Shown one piece after another: positions 11,895 to 25,082 of a stretch of DNA of 64,000 nucleotides; within the stretch, counting starts at the first letter, position 1; each line of letters begins with the position of its first letter. The notes beneath the pieces are model-generated. The model was given only the letters and a program-made list of their open reading frames with translations. It did no database searches and was not told where the DNA came from. The position numbers were made by a program, and so were the translations under genes. Source of the DNA: Octopus vulgaris (lineage: Eukaryota); contig OX597815.1 of the NCBI GenBank assembly GCA_951406725.2, forward strand, positions 180,296,001 to 180,360,000. The letters are read 5' to 3'.

Positions 11895-13200
11895 TGTGGA
11901 AAGAGGTGGTAGTTGTAGGGGTCCAAATCAGGAGAGTAAGGTGAGTGGTCTACCAATTTGAAGCCCAAGTCATGTATCTTCCTTAGAGATTCATGTGTTG
12001 TGTGTGCTGATACATTGTCATGCAAAAAGCAGGACACCACAGTCGAGCTTTCCATGGCGACTTTGCTTCAAAGCTTAATGCAGTTTGTCCCACAGAGACG
12101 TGTAGTATTTTGCATTGATGGTGTGACCCTTTGGCATGCTTTTTATGAGGAGTACTCTGTCTTTGTCCTAGAACACTGAAGCCAGAATCTTTCCAACTGA
12201 CTTCTGAGTCTAAAACGTCTTGGGACACAGTGAACTACCGTGGCACCAATCCACTGACTGCTACTTGGTCTGGGGATCATAATGATGAAGCCAAGTCTCA
12301 TCCATGGTGATTAAATGAGCCTTTAAATCAGCCTCTCCCACTGAAAACTGGCCCCAAATTGCCTTTGATGTCATCCCTCTGAAGCACTGCTGATCTGCAT
12401 TCTGGCATTTCAGCAGCCATTTTGAGGAAAGCTTTCTCATGTCCAGAATGTTGTGGATGATATGGCCAACATTTACGCAAGAAATTCCCAGGGTCTCACC
12501 TATGACTCTAGCAGAAATCCACTGGTTCTCGAGAATCATGATGTGCACAGCATCGGCTTTGTCCTCTGTGGTCGTGGAAGTTGGCCATCCTGACCAGGGT
12601 TCATCTGTGACCTCAAAGTGACTAGTATGAAACCTTGACACCCAGTTTTTCACTTTGGAGTAAGATGGGCAACCATTCTTCATGATTTCCTTTATCTTAC
12701 CTTGGATTCCTGCCACTCCTTTACTTTGCAAAAAAGAGGAATTTCATGACCACCCATGCTTCAATTTTACCAAAATCCACTGTCAGAGCTGCTATCATGC
12801 ATTAAATTTGCAAAAAAGAAAAATGTATATTGTATACCATTATGATCTTAAAGGCGGCGAGCTGGCAGAAACGTTAGCGTGCTGGGCGAAATGCTTAGCG
12901 GTATTTCGTCTGTCGTTACGTTCTGAGTTCAAATTCCGCCGAGGTCGACTTTGCCTTTCATCCTTTCGGGGTCGATAAATTAAATACCAGTTTCGCACTG
13001 GGGTCGATGTAATCGACTTAATCCCTTTGTCTGTCCTCGTTTGTCCCCTCTGTGTGTAGCCCCTTGTAGGCAATAAAGAAATATACCATTATGATCTTTT
13101 GCATATCTTCTCCTTAATAGTTCTCCCACCTCCACTGTAAAGGTAACAGCTCTACCCTTTCATGATACCCCGAAAGCCAGGAACTTTTCAGCACCCTCTC
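11895..13200 (-). mobile_element. Mariner transposon fossil (transposase pseudogene ~11895-12770; 5' TIR ~13173-13200)
   Basis: Peptides SYSKVKNWVSRF..DEPWSGWPTS, LITMDETWLHHYDP, FLHDNVSAHT and VDHSPYSPDLDPYNYHLFP are mariner motifs; stops and frameshifts present. TIR gagggtgctgaaaagttcctggcttt. Confidence 0.92.
12850..13081 (+). mobile_element. SINE family B inserted in the mariner 5' region
   Basis: 17-bp TSD tataccattatgatctt at 12833-12849 and 13082-13098. Confidence 0.92.
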
Positions 13201-13382
13201 ATAAATGCTAAAGAGTTAACTCATGTCTTTCCATATTGCTTTATTTCACTTTGTTTGTTCTTGTCTCTCTGCTCATCTTTTTCTCTCTCTTCACATACAA
13301 CACGTATGCATGTATACATGTGTGTGTAGAAATATGAAGCTTGATATATATATGTGTAGGTATATACGCAACACATACACAA

Positions 13383-13482
13383 NNNNNNNNNNNNNNNNNN
13401 NNNNNNNNNNNNNNNNNNNNNNNNNNNNNNNNNNNNNNNNNNNNNNNNNNNNNNNNNNNNNNNNNNNNNNNNNNNNNNNNNN
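13383..13482. other. Assembly gap (100 N)
   Basis: Run of n. Confidence 0.99.
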
Positions 13483-13690
13483 ATACATATATACGTTCAT
13501 ATATATGTGTGTGCATGTGTGTATAATATATATATATGTATATACACACACATACGTTCATATATATGTGTGTGCATGTGTGTATAATATATATATATGT
13601 ATATACACACACATACGTTCATATATATGTGTGTGCATGTGTGTATAATATATATATATGTATATACACACATACACACACACATATACA
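13483..13690. repeat. 61-bp minisatellite made of dinucleotide runs (~3 copies next to the gap)
   Basis: atacgttcatatatatgtgtgtgcatg.. recurs at 13491, 13552 and 13613. Confidence 0.85.
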
Positions 13691-15789
13691 CATGTGTGTG
13701 TGTGTGTTTATTGGTAAGTATTTTGTAAGTATGTATTTGTCCACAAAATTAGATCTAACATAATAAAAAAAAGATTCCAGATAATAGGAAACTATTTTTT
13801 TCTCATTCTTTATTTATTGCTTTATCTCCATTTATTCTGTCTTAAAACATAGCAAACTGCAACTTCCTTCCTCTCAAATTTGATAACTATTAGTTCAGAT
13901 CCATTATACTTTTCATTCAAAGAAATAAGTACATCATACTCTCTATCTGCTTTGCCAAAATAGTTACAACATGTTATATTTATATTGTTGCGATAGCTGT
14001 CTTGTGCCATAAACTTATTCTAAAAATATAGCCAGATTTGTTTCGTTCTGCTAGTTTTATTGTTCCATGGTCATTATAAAAGAGATATTTTCAATATTAT
14101 AAATCTATATTTCTGAAACAGTATTAATATGTTTTATATTTAACCACCAATGTTGGTAAATAAATGAACAGAGACAGCACGGGGTAGAAAGGATTTTTTG
14201 GTATAGCTGGGAACAAGATGATTCTCTGGTGTTGGTGCCAAGTAAAATGCACCTGGTGCACTTTGTAAAGTGTTGGCAAAGGAATTGAAACAATGCAGTG
14301 TGGAAATAACTGTTTAGTTTCACAAGAGAATCGCTTTAGTGTGGTGCCATGATAAACGCTTCCACAATACTGTGTAAAGTTTTTGGTGATATGAAAGGCA
14401 TCTGGTCATAGATATCATGTCTAAAGTGAAACATGAGGGAGATGTGACGTCTGAGCAAAGAGGGAACTTTGAACAAGAACTGTTACATAATTTGGTGTTC
14501 AGTGCCGCTGCACGGCACCTTAGGTGAGTGTCTTTTACTACAGTTCTGTGGTAACCAAAGCCTGTGAGTGGGATTTTGCAGGTAGAAGCTGAAAGAAGCT
14601 TGTCCTATGCATATATGTCATCATCATTATCATCATCATCGTTTAACGTCCACTTTCCATGCTGGCATGGTTTGGATGGTTTGACTGAGGACTGGCAAGC
14701 CAGAAGGCTGTACCAGACTCCAATCTGATCTGGCAATGTTTCTACAGCTGGATGCCCTTCCTAACGCCAACCACTCTGAGAGTGTAGTGGGTGCTTTTTT
14801 ACATGCCACCGGCACGAGGGCCAGTCAGACAGTGCTGGTAACAACCACACTCAAATATTGCTTTTTGCGTGCCACCGGCACGGGAGCCAGTCAGGTGTGA
14901 ACAATTTTGTATTTACTTCATCTGCACATCTTTTGCTTGTTGGTTGTGAATGATGGTTTTTCTGATGGTGTTGTTTGCCTGCTGTCCAATATGAAAGCAT
15001 TGCTGAGTTTCTTGACAAGTCTTAAAACATTAAGTGATCTTTGTGAACGAGAGAGTCACTGTGTGTCATTTATTTCCATTTCAATACATAAGCAAACTGG
15101 GAGATTATTACCACACTTGGAAACAGATGGGGATTCAGTGACAAGAGGGACCTTTAGCTGTAGAACATTCTGACTCTACAGAGTCTTGCCTGACCCAAGC
15201 AAGCCTGGAGAAGGTAAAAAAAAAAAGACATTAAAACAATGATGATGATGATGATGATAATGATGATAACAACGACAATGATGACAATGATGAGGATGAG
15301 AACAAGGAGGAGAAAGAGTACGTGTATGTGTGTATGTGTGTCTTATAGAAATAACTGAAAACAGTAAAAAAAAAATGGCAAACATTCATATTGGTGAAAT
15401 AGAGAAAATGTTTCTCAGGAATAACTCTAATGTGTCTTATCACAGAAGTAATTCTCAATGCTATATTTCTATAATATGCAAATGACATCTGTCTTCCATA
15501 CAATGGCATTGGTTATAGAATCTGAAATATATTTCAACAAAAATACTAGTTGAGTAACATAAATAATAAAGGAGACACTTTGAAAGAAATGACAGGGTTC
15601 ACTTTGAAATTATTGGAGAAAAACTAGAATATATAAAATTTACAGTGATTTAAGATAAGTTATGAATAAGGAAGATATCATCATCATCATCATCATCATC
15701 ATTTAATGTCTGTTTTCCTTGCTGTCATGGGTTGGATTGTCTGACAGGAGCTGGCAAGGCCAAGGCTACTCCAGGTTCCCTGCACTGTC

Positions 15790-16470
15790 AAATTTTGTTG
15801 AGTGTTCTTTGAGCCACTTTTCACTACAGTTTTCACTTCCTCGTCACTGGAATAATGTTTGCCTCTCAAACCCTCTTTGTTCGAGAAGTTCAGTGCAGTG
15901 TAGTCAGCTCTCTCGGTACCCAACGATCACACACTTTTGAAAAGCCAAGTTATTCAACAATGTTGTAAGCACTTCCATGGCTCACTTCAAGGTTTTCCGT
16001 CAACTCATCAAGAGTTATTCGCCTGTCTTCTCTGATCAGAGCGTCTGCTTTTGCTTTATTGGTAGGATTCACAGAAGCAGCCGGCCAGCAAGAACAGGGT
16101 TTATCGGCTACACTCACAGTTCCCACCTTTTCCTCTTTCAGATGATGGACCCACCTGCATAATCTAAAGTATTATTCTATAATCTAAAGTATTGTCCTCA
16201 AAGATATTTTGTAATTGTCAGTGAATGTTCACGGGGGTTTCCCCATCAGCAACAAGAAATTCAATCACTGCTCTTTGTTTTTGAAATAACTCTAAGGGGG
16301 CAGCCATTTTGTATTTTCCTCACCAGTCTTAAAAACCTGAAAAGTAAGGAACAAAATATTTCAGAACGTAAATGATATAATCATTTGTAACTGGGAAAAT
16401 TTTCAGTTATCTTTATCAAAAACTTCACATGAAATAAAGAAAATGGCATTACTTTTTGACTCACCCTTAT
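15790..16470 (-). mobile_element. Second mariner fossil with internal deletion
   Basis: KADALIREDRRITLDELTENLEVSHGSAYNIVE*LGFSKVCDRWVPRELT is joined almost directly to KEGLRGKHYSSDEEVKTVVK. TIR-like taagggtgagtcaaaaagtaatgcc at ~16445-16470. Confidence 0.8.
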
Positions 16471-16719
16471 AGAAGCTTTCACATTCACTTTGAATGAAGA
16501 GTTTTACAATAAAAAACTTTAAAACATGAGTTTAGACCTTTTTCACTCAGTGGATCTGTGGCAAAATGCTGTGATGGAGAAATTAGTTGAAATTATTCAT
16601 AAGAATTTCTTTGAAATTTTCATCAATTAACATCTTAGAGTAACAGGTAGTATCTGAGAAAATGAGCATGAGCTGGTTTTGACCTTCATCTCTACAAATA
16701 AATTTGCAACTATCATCAA

Positions 16720-17102
16720 GGAGTGGCTGTGTGGTAAGTATCTTGCTTATGAACTGCATGGTTCCAAGTTCAGTCCTACTGCATGGCACCTTGGGCAAGT
16801 GTCTTCTACTATATCCTCAGACCAACCAAAGCCTTGTGAGTGGATTTGGTAGACAGAAACTGAAAGAAGCCCGTTGTATGTATATATATATGTGTGTGTG
16901 TTTGTGTGTCTGTGTTTGTCCCCCCAACATTGCTTGACAACCGATGCTGGTGTGTTTACATCCCCGTAACTTAGCAGTTCGGCAAAAGAGATCGATAGAA
17001 TAAGTACTAGGCTTACAAAGAATAAGTCCTGGGGTCAATGTGCTCAACTAAAGGCAGTGCTCTAGCATGGCCACAGTCAAATGACTGAAACAAGTAAAGA
17101 GA
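16720..17102 (+). mobile_element. SINE family A
   Basis: Full head-core-microsatellite-tail. Other copies at about 24055-24490(-), 25805-26205(-), 31980-32365(-), 41255-41672(-), 47322-47697(+), 59572-59945(+), 61985-62330(-) and 62690-63160(+). Confidence 0.9.
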
Positions 17103-18752
17103 GTATCCTCATCAACATCATCATCATCATCATCATCATCACCATCATCATTTAATGTCTGTTTTCCATGCTGGCATGGGTTGGATGGTTTGACAGGAAT
17201 TGAAAAGGCCAGGAGCTGCATTCTATTGCCTGTTTTGGTATGGTTTATACAGCTGGATGCCCTTTCTAACACCAACCACTTTATAGTGTACTGGGTGCTT
17301 TGTACATAGCACTAGCCCCAGTGCTTTTTACGTGACACCATCACTAGTGTTTTTTTATGTGGCACCAACACTGACAGGATCACCAAATACCTCGCAAGAG
17401 AAGAACATCTCAACTTGGTGTGAGGAGTAGTGTTGAGGGTGTGTGGATTTGTGCCATTTGAGAGATTTAAGGTAGAGAGGGGACAGAGAAAAGTACTTTA
17501 CTATAGAGCAGATACATGGGTGCCTCAGTTGGAAAACAAAAACCCTAAATTAAAGCCTCTGAGTAGTTGCTTGCCCTGATAGAAACAGCTGCTAAATCTT
17601 CCTTAAACTCCTATCAATTATGTGCAAGAATGAAAAATTCATTGAACAATATAAATCTTAAATACACTGGTTGCATAAACAAAGACAAGAGGGTCCTGGA
17701 AAAAATAATTGATCAGGGCTCACCTGAAGCTAAACAACAACTTGTGTATCTTTATAGCTAAAAAAAATTATCAATATACGATAATTGTTTTATATTTACT
17801 ATATGACACTCACCATCTTTCTATGTAAATTTAAATACCATACACTGGAGACAAAATAAAAGACTAAAAGGAACGGCTTATAAATTCGTTTATTGATTTA
17901 TGTTGGCGAAAGAGAATAAATAAAATTATTTTATTCAGACAACATTTGGACTTGGACAAATTTTAAACTACGAAAGCCCCAAGACAGAAAATAGATGAAA
18001 CATATAAAAGCCATAAAACAACTAGAAATGTGTGTGTGTGTACATAAATATTTATGTGTCCTTATATATTTATATATGCATAGATGTATACAGATATAAA
18101 TGCCTTATATCTATATATTTATGCATCTATACATTTACATATATATTAATCCATACCAGTGATTCTCACAATATGCTTTCTATGGCAAAGGACTGCATTC
18201 CTCTACCAAAAGGGAAAAAAACCCCAGAAAAGTGACTAATCGTTCATATGACAGGCAGTATCCTTCTACAAAAGTTTCATGTGGCTAATATATGGATCTC
18301 TTTCCGAGTTCTTTAATAGAAATTTCATGGCATAAAGAAAGGTTGAGATGAGTTAGCTCCATGCTTTGGTTTTAGAATTCAATCTTTTGTAATATGCAAA
18401 GATCACATGTTTTAAGCCACACTGCATTGACTTTATGACTTCCCCATGGCCCAGATGAAGACAATGGAGAGACTGTGCTGTAAATTTGTGTAAAAGTGGT
18501 TGGCTGTTCCCTCAACTTTCAGATTGGTTGACCAATACAGCAAAACCACTAAGCTTCACTCACTAATTTCATCAGTTCTGGACGAATTCACAGCTACTAA
18601 AGCAGCTGTTAGTACATTGCTGCTATCTGAGGAAGTGTAAGTCAGGCATACCAATATTTCATTTCATCTAGTTTACACACTCACCGATAAAATTTCCACT
18701 TATTTCTTATTTTTATTTTCCTAAAATTTTCGTTGCCTCTTGCAACCTTTTC

Positions 18753-19198
18753 TGAGCTGTGGCCATGCTGGGGCACCACCATTCGGTGTTGCTACATGAT
18801 TTTACTTCACGAATGTTTTTTAGCAATTGACATTTGGTGCATGAGAGAGTTTGATGCAGCTGCCCTTATCTGCACCTCCTGCCGTGAAGTTGGTTCATCT
18901 GGGACACCTGACAGGAAGAGGTCCAGCTTTATTTTGAAGACATCTGCATTCGGGAGGATATTGAAGAGCTGTGGACCTCTGAAGCCCAGGCTATCGCAGT
19001 ATCTTGTCCTACATCTTGATGGCAAATTTGGAGTCCTTGGCACTATGCAGTGGTGCCCAGTTCTAGTATTTGTGTAATTCTCAATGCCAAAGTTTGGGAC
19101 AAGTCCTTCCAGGATCTTCCAGATGTATATTATGGCATATATCTTTCTCGCCTATGCTCTAAGGAATAGAGTCTTAATCTCTTGAGTCTTGAATATGG
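18753..19198 (-). pseudogene. CR1/L2-group LINE 3' end
   Basis: RLKRLRLYSLEHRRERY..YIWKILEGLVPN..SLGFRGPQLFNILP..FKIKLDLFLSGVPDEP; tail ggtggtgccccagcatggccacagc. Confidence 0.8.
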
Positions 19199-19459
19199 CA
19201 ATAAAGGGAAGAAGCAGGAATTTGAAAATCCATAAAGTTGTAAGAGAAATGGAAAAATACTGCAGCACCAGGGGAATGTTGGGGGTAGTCTACCAAGATG
19301 ACAAGGGCTTGGTAAATATAGCACCAATTGGTAGAGATGTTTTGGAGGGAGCTTTGAAATACTGACCAGAAAAAAATCATCCTTCCTCTTGTGTGCTAAT
19401 GTTGATGTTTGACAACCTCTAATAACCTTTAAAGCTGGAACAAAGAAGAATCATCGTGC

Positions 19460-19600
19460 AAGCAGTGTAAACCACATTTTTGCTGGATGCCCTGAAGCAG
19501 TGGAAGAAGGCAGATACATGTGGAAACACAAGATCCTTATAGAAATTGCAAAATGGACAGATCTGTAGAGAGTTATGGTTAACAAACAGCAGGCAACAAT
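19460..19600 (+). pseudogene. RLE non-LTR zinc-knuckle fragment
   Basis: HIFAGCPEAVEEGRYMWKHKILIEIAKW resembles HIL..C..AL..GRY.WRH..VL..IA. Confidence 0.6.
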
Positions 19601-19718
19601 ACTCAAAAAATCAGATTGCTAAGGAATGATGAAAAGCTTCCTAAGGCAAAGCAGCTCTGAGGAACCTGTTTCCATTTTGCATCAAACATTGCATTTTTTT
19701 AGCAGACATTTGAACATT

Positions 19719-19886
19719 AAATTTTCGTTATGTCTTGCAACCTTTTCAATAGTCAAGACTATTGAAAAGGTTGCAAGACGCAACGAAAATTTTAGGAAAA
19801 TAAAAATAAGAAATAAGTGGAAATTTTACTGGTGAGTGTGTTACATTATAAGGCACAAAAAGAAAATTACTCTCCCCAGACACAAC

Positions 19887-19888
<2 letters not shown>
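19719..19888. mobile_element. Penelope-like fragment with head-to-head inversion carrying the U3-A8 hammerhead-like motif (19759-19795, +)
   Basis: Palindrome centred on 19755-19756; cta TTGAAAA g gttgc aagac gcaac GAAA at TT tag. Family copies at 10770-10905(+) and 18670-18752(-). Confidence 0.6.
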
Positions 19889-19925
<37 letters not shown>

Positions 19926-19926
19926 A

Positions 19927-20290
19927 ACAATCGCAGCAAGGAAGGTGTTTATAAGCCATTTAAGAAACACACAAAATCCGTTAGATTCACTTCAACATTT
20001 AAATTTAATTTGCCAAAATATTTTCGTCACTTTGAGACCATGACCTGTTCACTGACAAAATTCTGTGCTGCACGTTCACTGACAAAATTCCGTGCAGCAC
20101 GGAATTTTGTCAGTGAACAGGTCATGGTCTCAAAGTGACGAAAATATTTTGGCAAATTAAATTTAAATGTTGAAGTGAATCTAACGGATTTTGTGTGTTT
20201 TTAAATGGCTTATAAACACTTTCCTTGCTGCAATTGTTTTCGTTCCAGCACACAATCTCAGATCAGGTCACTTGCTATGCAAGTACATCT
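19927..20290. mobile_element. Penelope-like palindromic fragment with two G3-C8 hammerhead-like motifs (20010-20058 -, 20107-20155 +)
   Basis: Near-perfect ~145-bp inverted arms flanked by (TA)n; ttgtca GTGAACA g gtcat ggtctcaaa gtgac GAAA atat TT tggcaa. Confidence 0.65.
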
Positions 20291-20292
20291 CC

Positions 20293-20333
<41 letters not shown>

Positions 20334-20720
20334 GTGGCACGTAAAAAGCACCATCCGATCATGGTCGATGCCAGCTCCCTCTGTGCCGGTAGCACATAAA
20401 AAAAAGTACCCACTACACTCTCGCTGTGGTTGGCATATAGGAAGGGCATCCAGCTGTAGAAACACTACCAGATCAGACTGGAGCCTGGTGCAGCCATCTG
20501 GCTTCCCAAAGCCCAGTCGAACCATCCGACCCATGCCAGCATGGAAAACAGACATTAAATGATGATAATGATGATGTACCTGCACATCATAAAAGGCAAC
20601 AAAAAGGTTAATAAAAAGAAAGGCATCTGCCAGTAAACTACAACCCCAGGAAACCCATACAACTTATGCCAGCATAGAAGAGTGAACATTAAATGTTCAG
20701 GATTATGATGATGATGATGA

Positions 20721-20756
<36 letters not shown>

Positions 20757-21958
20757 GAGTTCAGCAAAAATTTAGATTCAGATAAATATGGTACTTAAGT
20801 TGAGGTACCAGAATTTAGTATGGTATTATCCATACAATTCCAAAATAAGGTGATTAAAATCAAAATAAGCAACAAGTGTATCCAGAGGTAATACAGTACG
20901 ATCGCTTCATACAACTCCATTTAATTGAACAATGCAATCATTACATCAATTTAAATGCAGAGCAATCCTCAGCTGCATAAAGTCATGGAATTTAATTAAA
21001 TTAAAACAGATGGACACATTAGTATAATTTTACCGAAAATCTCCAAGAAGGTAAGGAGATAGACAAAGAACATGCTGCCTTCACTTCAGCTTAGAAGTTA
21101 AAGTGAAGGCAACATGTTCTTTGTCTATAGGGCAATATGACATGCTAGAGAAGACCTGTTGAGTCAAGTAACATCAAAATTAGTGCCACCTGATTGACTT
21201 CCATACCAGTGGCTTGTAAAATGCACCATCAGAACATGGTTGATGCCAGTGCCCTCTGACTGGCTCCCATGCTGGTGGTATGTAAAAAGCACCCAATATA
21301 CTCTCAGAGTGGTTGACATTAGGAGGGGTATCTAGCTGTAGAAGCCTTGCCAGATCAGATTGGAGCCTGGTGCAGCCTCCCAGCTTGCCAGTTCTCAGTT
21401 AAACTGTCCAACCCACGCCAGCATGGAAAGTGGGTGTTAAACGATGATGATGATGATATATATATATATATAATTCTTATTTTTAGAATTAGTATACCAT
21501 GTGCCTGCACATCATAAGAGGCAACAAATGTGACATGTATATTATATCATACCTTGATACTGTGTGGACTAAGATCCCCATTGACAGGCCACTGGTATTT
21601 ATAGAGTATTAAACACTTTAGGTATGCAAATTAGGGACTCCTTCATAGAGTAACTGCTGCATTTGTTGAGTATATAAACAGTTTGGCTGCTTGCTTCTCT
21701 GGAGACTGTCAGAATGATGTAGATGCTTCTGATGAGAACTCAATAAGGTTTGAAAATCAATTATGGTTGTTCATAATTTTTTTCAGTCTGTGGAGAAATG
21801 ACTAAAATTTGCCCTGTTTATAATTATACCATATGTTACATATGTATATTATTTATATGTATATATATATATTGTTCAAATTTACAGAAAACAAAAGATG
21901 AACACACGTGAGGAACAACAAGCAGGTGTATTTGTTTGATGCTTGGGAAGAATGAAGT

Positions 21959-21994
21959 CTTTGATGTTTTGAGTCTGTGCTCTTTGTCAGAAAG
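21959..21994 (-). ncRNA. Decayed minimal hammerhead motif
   Basis: cttt CTGACAA a gagcacagactc AAAA ca TC aaag. Restoring three CpG>CpA changes gives CTGACGA..GAAA cg TC with helix I cttt/aaag. Lies in a TA-flanked fragment ~21872-22048. Confidence 0.5.
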
Positions 21995-22280
21995 GGATGA
22001 TGGAGAGTGGAAGAAACTAAACAGAGAGAGAAAAAAGTATGTTGGTATTATATATATATATATATATAGATATATATATATATAGATATATATATATAAA
22101 GAGAAAGCGAGAGAGAGAGAGTGAGAGAGAGAAGGCAGAAGAGAGATAGATATTAACATACACACACATGCAGTTACAAGTATTTGCTCAGTTGTATCAA
22201 CACATGATTACCAGAGGTAAAATGTGAAGTTTATAATTTTGATAAATATAAAAAACAACATATGGAAAATATGAACTTAC

Positions 22281-22349
22281 CAAATATGATATTAATATCT
22301 GTTTCTCAGATCTTACTACAAAATCAGAAAAACGAAATGAATATATTTG
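22281..22349 (-). CDS. Candidate 69-nt internal exon of an unidentified host gene
   Basis: Acceptor tattattttcattttttttAG and donor TTG|GTAAGT; open only in phase 0 (QIYSFRFSDFVVRSEKQILISYL); unique sequence. Confidence 0.3.
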
Positions 22350-22761
22350 CTAAAAAAAATGAAAATAATAAATAAAAAAAGATTAGAAATTATATTTTTT
22401 TTCGGTACGATTATTACTATTGATATATTCATGGTTACTAAAAAGCCAATCAGTAAAAGTAGTGGATGATATGAAGAATATGATTTCACAAAGAAAGATT
22501 TTCAAAGAGGTCTTGTATGGAAATGTCCTTCTTAACAGAATAATTTTCCACTAGTTCAATAGAATAGCCAATATGATGTGCATAATTTCCTTTGATAATT
22601 TACTAGTTTTGAATACTTTTATAGGTTGAATAAAATATAATGACAATTCATATTTTTTTCGAGAGATATATTTTTAAAAAATGCTTAAGGAAGACAAAAA
22701 TTAAATAGAAATATAAAAATTATAAATGGAAATAGAAATAATCAACATATATGTGATATTG

Positions 22762-23140
22762 TGGAGGCACAATGGCCCAGTGGTTAGGGCAGCGGACTCG
22801 CAGTTGTAGGATTGCGGTTTTGATTCCCAGACCAGGCATTGTGAATGTCTATTGAGCAAAAACACCTAAAGCTCAATGAGGCTCCAGCAAGGGCTGGTGG
22901 TGAACCCTGCTGTACTCTTTCACCTCAACTTTCTCTCACTCTTTCTTCCTGTTTCTGTTGTACCTGTATTTCAAAGGGGTGGCTTTGTCACACTCTGTGT
23001 CACGCTGAATCTCCCCACCAAGAACTACGTCAAGGGTACACGTGTCTGTGGAGTGCTCAGCCACTTGCACAGTAATTTCATGAGCAGGCTGTTCCTTTAA
23101 TCGGATCAACTGGAACCCTCATCATCATAACCAACAGAAC
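22762..23140 (+). mobile_element. tRNA-headed SINE (family C-related); near-identical family copy at 23520-23895
   Basis: gtggaggcacaatggcccagtggttagggcagcggactcg.. A/B-box-like head; tail shared with 26810-27125. Confidence 0.85.
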
Positions 23141-23142
23141 TC

Positions 23143-23187
<45 letters not shown>

Positions 23188-25082
23188 CCATCCAAACATG
23201 GTTGATGCCAGCGTCCTCTGTGTCCCATGCTGGTGGCACGTAAAAAGTACCATCCAAACGTGGTTGATGCCAGCTCCCTCTGGCCCTTGTGCCGGTGGCA
23301 CATAAAAAGCACCCACTATACTCTCAGAGTGGTTGGCATTAGGAAGGGCATCCAGCTGTAGAAACTTTGCCAGATCAGACTGGATCCTGGTGCAGCTTCC
23401 TAGCTTCCCAGACACCCAGTTGAACCGTCCAACCCATGCCAGCATGGAAAACAGACGTTAAACAATGATGATGATGATGATATATGTATGTGTATGTGTG
23501 TGTTTGTGTATATAAATATGTGGAGGTGCAATGGCCCAGTGGTTGGGGCAGCAGACTTGCAGTCGTAGGATCGCGGTTTCGATTCCCATACCGGGCGTTG
23601 TGAGTGTTTATTGAGCAAAAACACCTAAAGCTCCACCTGGCTCTGACAGGGGGTGGTGGCAACTCCTGCTGTACTCTTTCACCACAACTTTCTCTCACTC
23701 TTTCTTCCTGTTTCTGTTGTACTTGTATTTTCAAAGGGGCCAGCCTTGTCACACTCTGTGACATGCTGAATCTCCCCGAGAACTACGTTAAGGGTACATG
23801 TGTCTGTGGAGTGCTTGGCCACTTGCACGTTAATTTCACAAGCAGGCTGTTCCATTGATTGGATCAACTGGAACCCTAATCCTCAGAACCGACGATGTGA
23901 TATTGTGTGTGTATATTTTCAAATATACTTCAGACTCTGTTTCTTTAGTTTTATAATATTCAAGCTTTGTTTTTGATACTAAATATTTTAAGATGTTTTT
24001 AATAAATTTTCCCATTGATTTTCAAAACTCACTCATTTTTGTCTTTTGTCATTTTCTTGTTTCAATCATTAGACTGTGGCCATGCTGGGGCACCATCTCG
24101 AGGAGCCTTCAGTCAAACAAATCAACCCCAGTACATTTTTTAAAGCCTGGTACTTATTCTACTGGTCTCTTCAACCAGACCACTAAGTAACAGGGACATA
24201 AACAAACCAACATCAGTTGCCCATTGGGTGGTAGTATGTGTGCGTGTGTGTGGGCAACAAATACAGACATAAAAGCACAACATATATAGGTGTGTGTGTG
24301 TGTGTGTGTATGTATAAATATATAACATGCTTCTTTTAGTTTCCACTTACTAAGTCCACTCACAAAGCTTTGGTTAACCTGATGCTATAGTAAAAGACAC
24401 TTGCCCTAGGTGTCATGCATGAAGTTGAACCTGGAACCTGGAACTGTGTGACTAGGAAACAAATTTCCTACTACACACCCATGCCTGCATGTATGATTAA
24501 CATTTTTCAGAATTTTATTTTGTCCTTTTTGAAGATTTATAATTTTAAGTATAAACAATTGCTAGGATTGCTAAATTTAAAAATAATCCAAGTCTGAAAT
24601 AATTTTTAGTGAGCAATAACCAAAGTTGAGATAACCTTCATTGTCTGAGGTACTTTCGCACATGCTGAGCAATATCCTCACCTCAGATAACCCTCATTAT
24701 CTATGGTACCAGCGCTGAAATAATGAAATAAATTTACAATCTTGGTACGACATATGGTGATAATATTGATAAATTATAGGAAAACAATTATGAGATAACT
24801 GTTTGAATCAGAAACTAGAATTGGATTTGATCATCATATAAATAATTCATCAGCCACACGACCTCTGCTTCTAACAGTGGGGTCATAAATGTTGTAGGAG
24901 TCAGAGAATATTGAAATGTTATTAGTGTGCACAAGAATGATCTCAAATATAATGATTATTACAATTAAACAAACCAGTGAGGAAACCTCTAAATGGTTGT
25001 CGAAGGTGTGAGATATAACAGCTAAATCTTCCTCAAATCGTGCCTTCTACTGTAAATAAGGAAAAAAGGAAAACATATTATA

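Noticed and set aside
13822-14010. 62-aa unique ORF on -
   Set aside because: No recognisable motif or convincing splice sites; compatible with chance.
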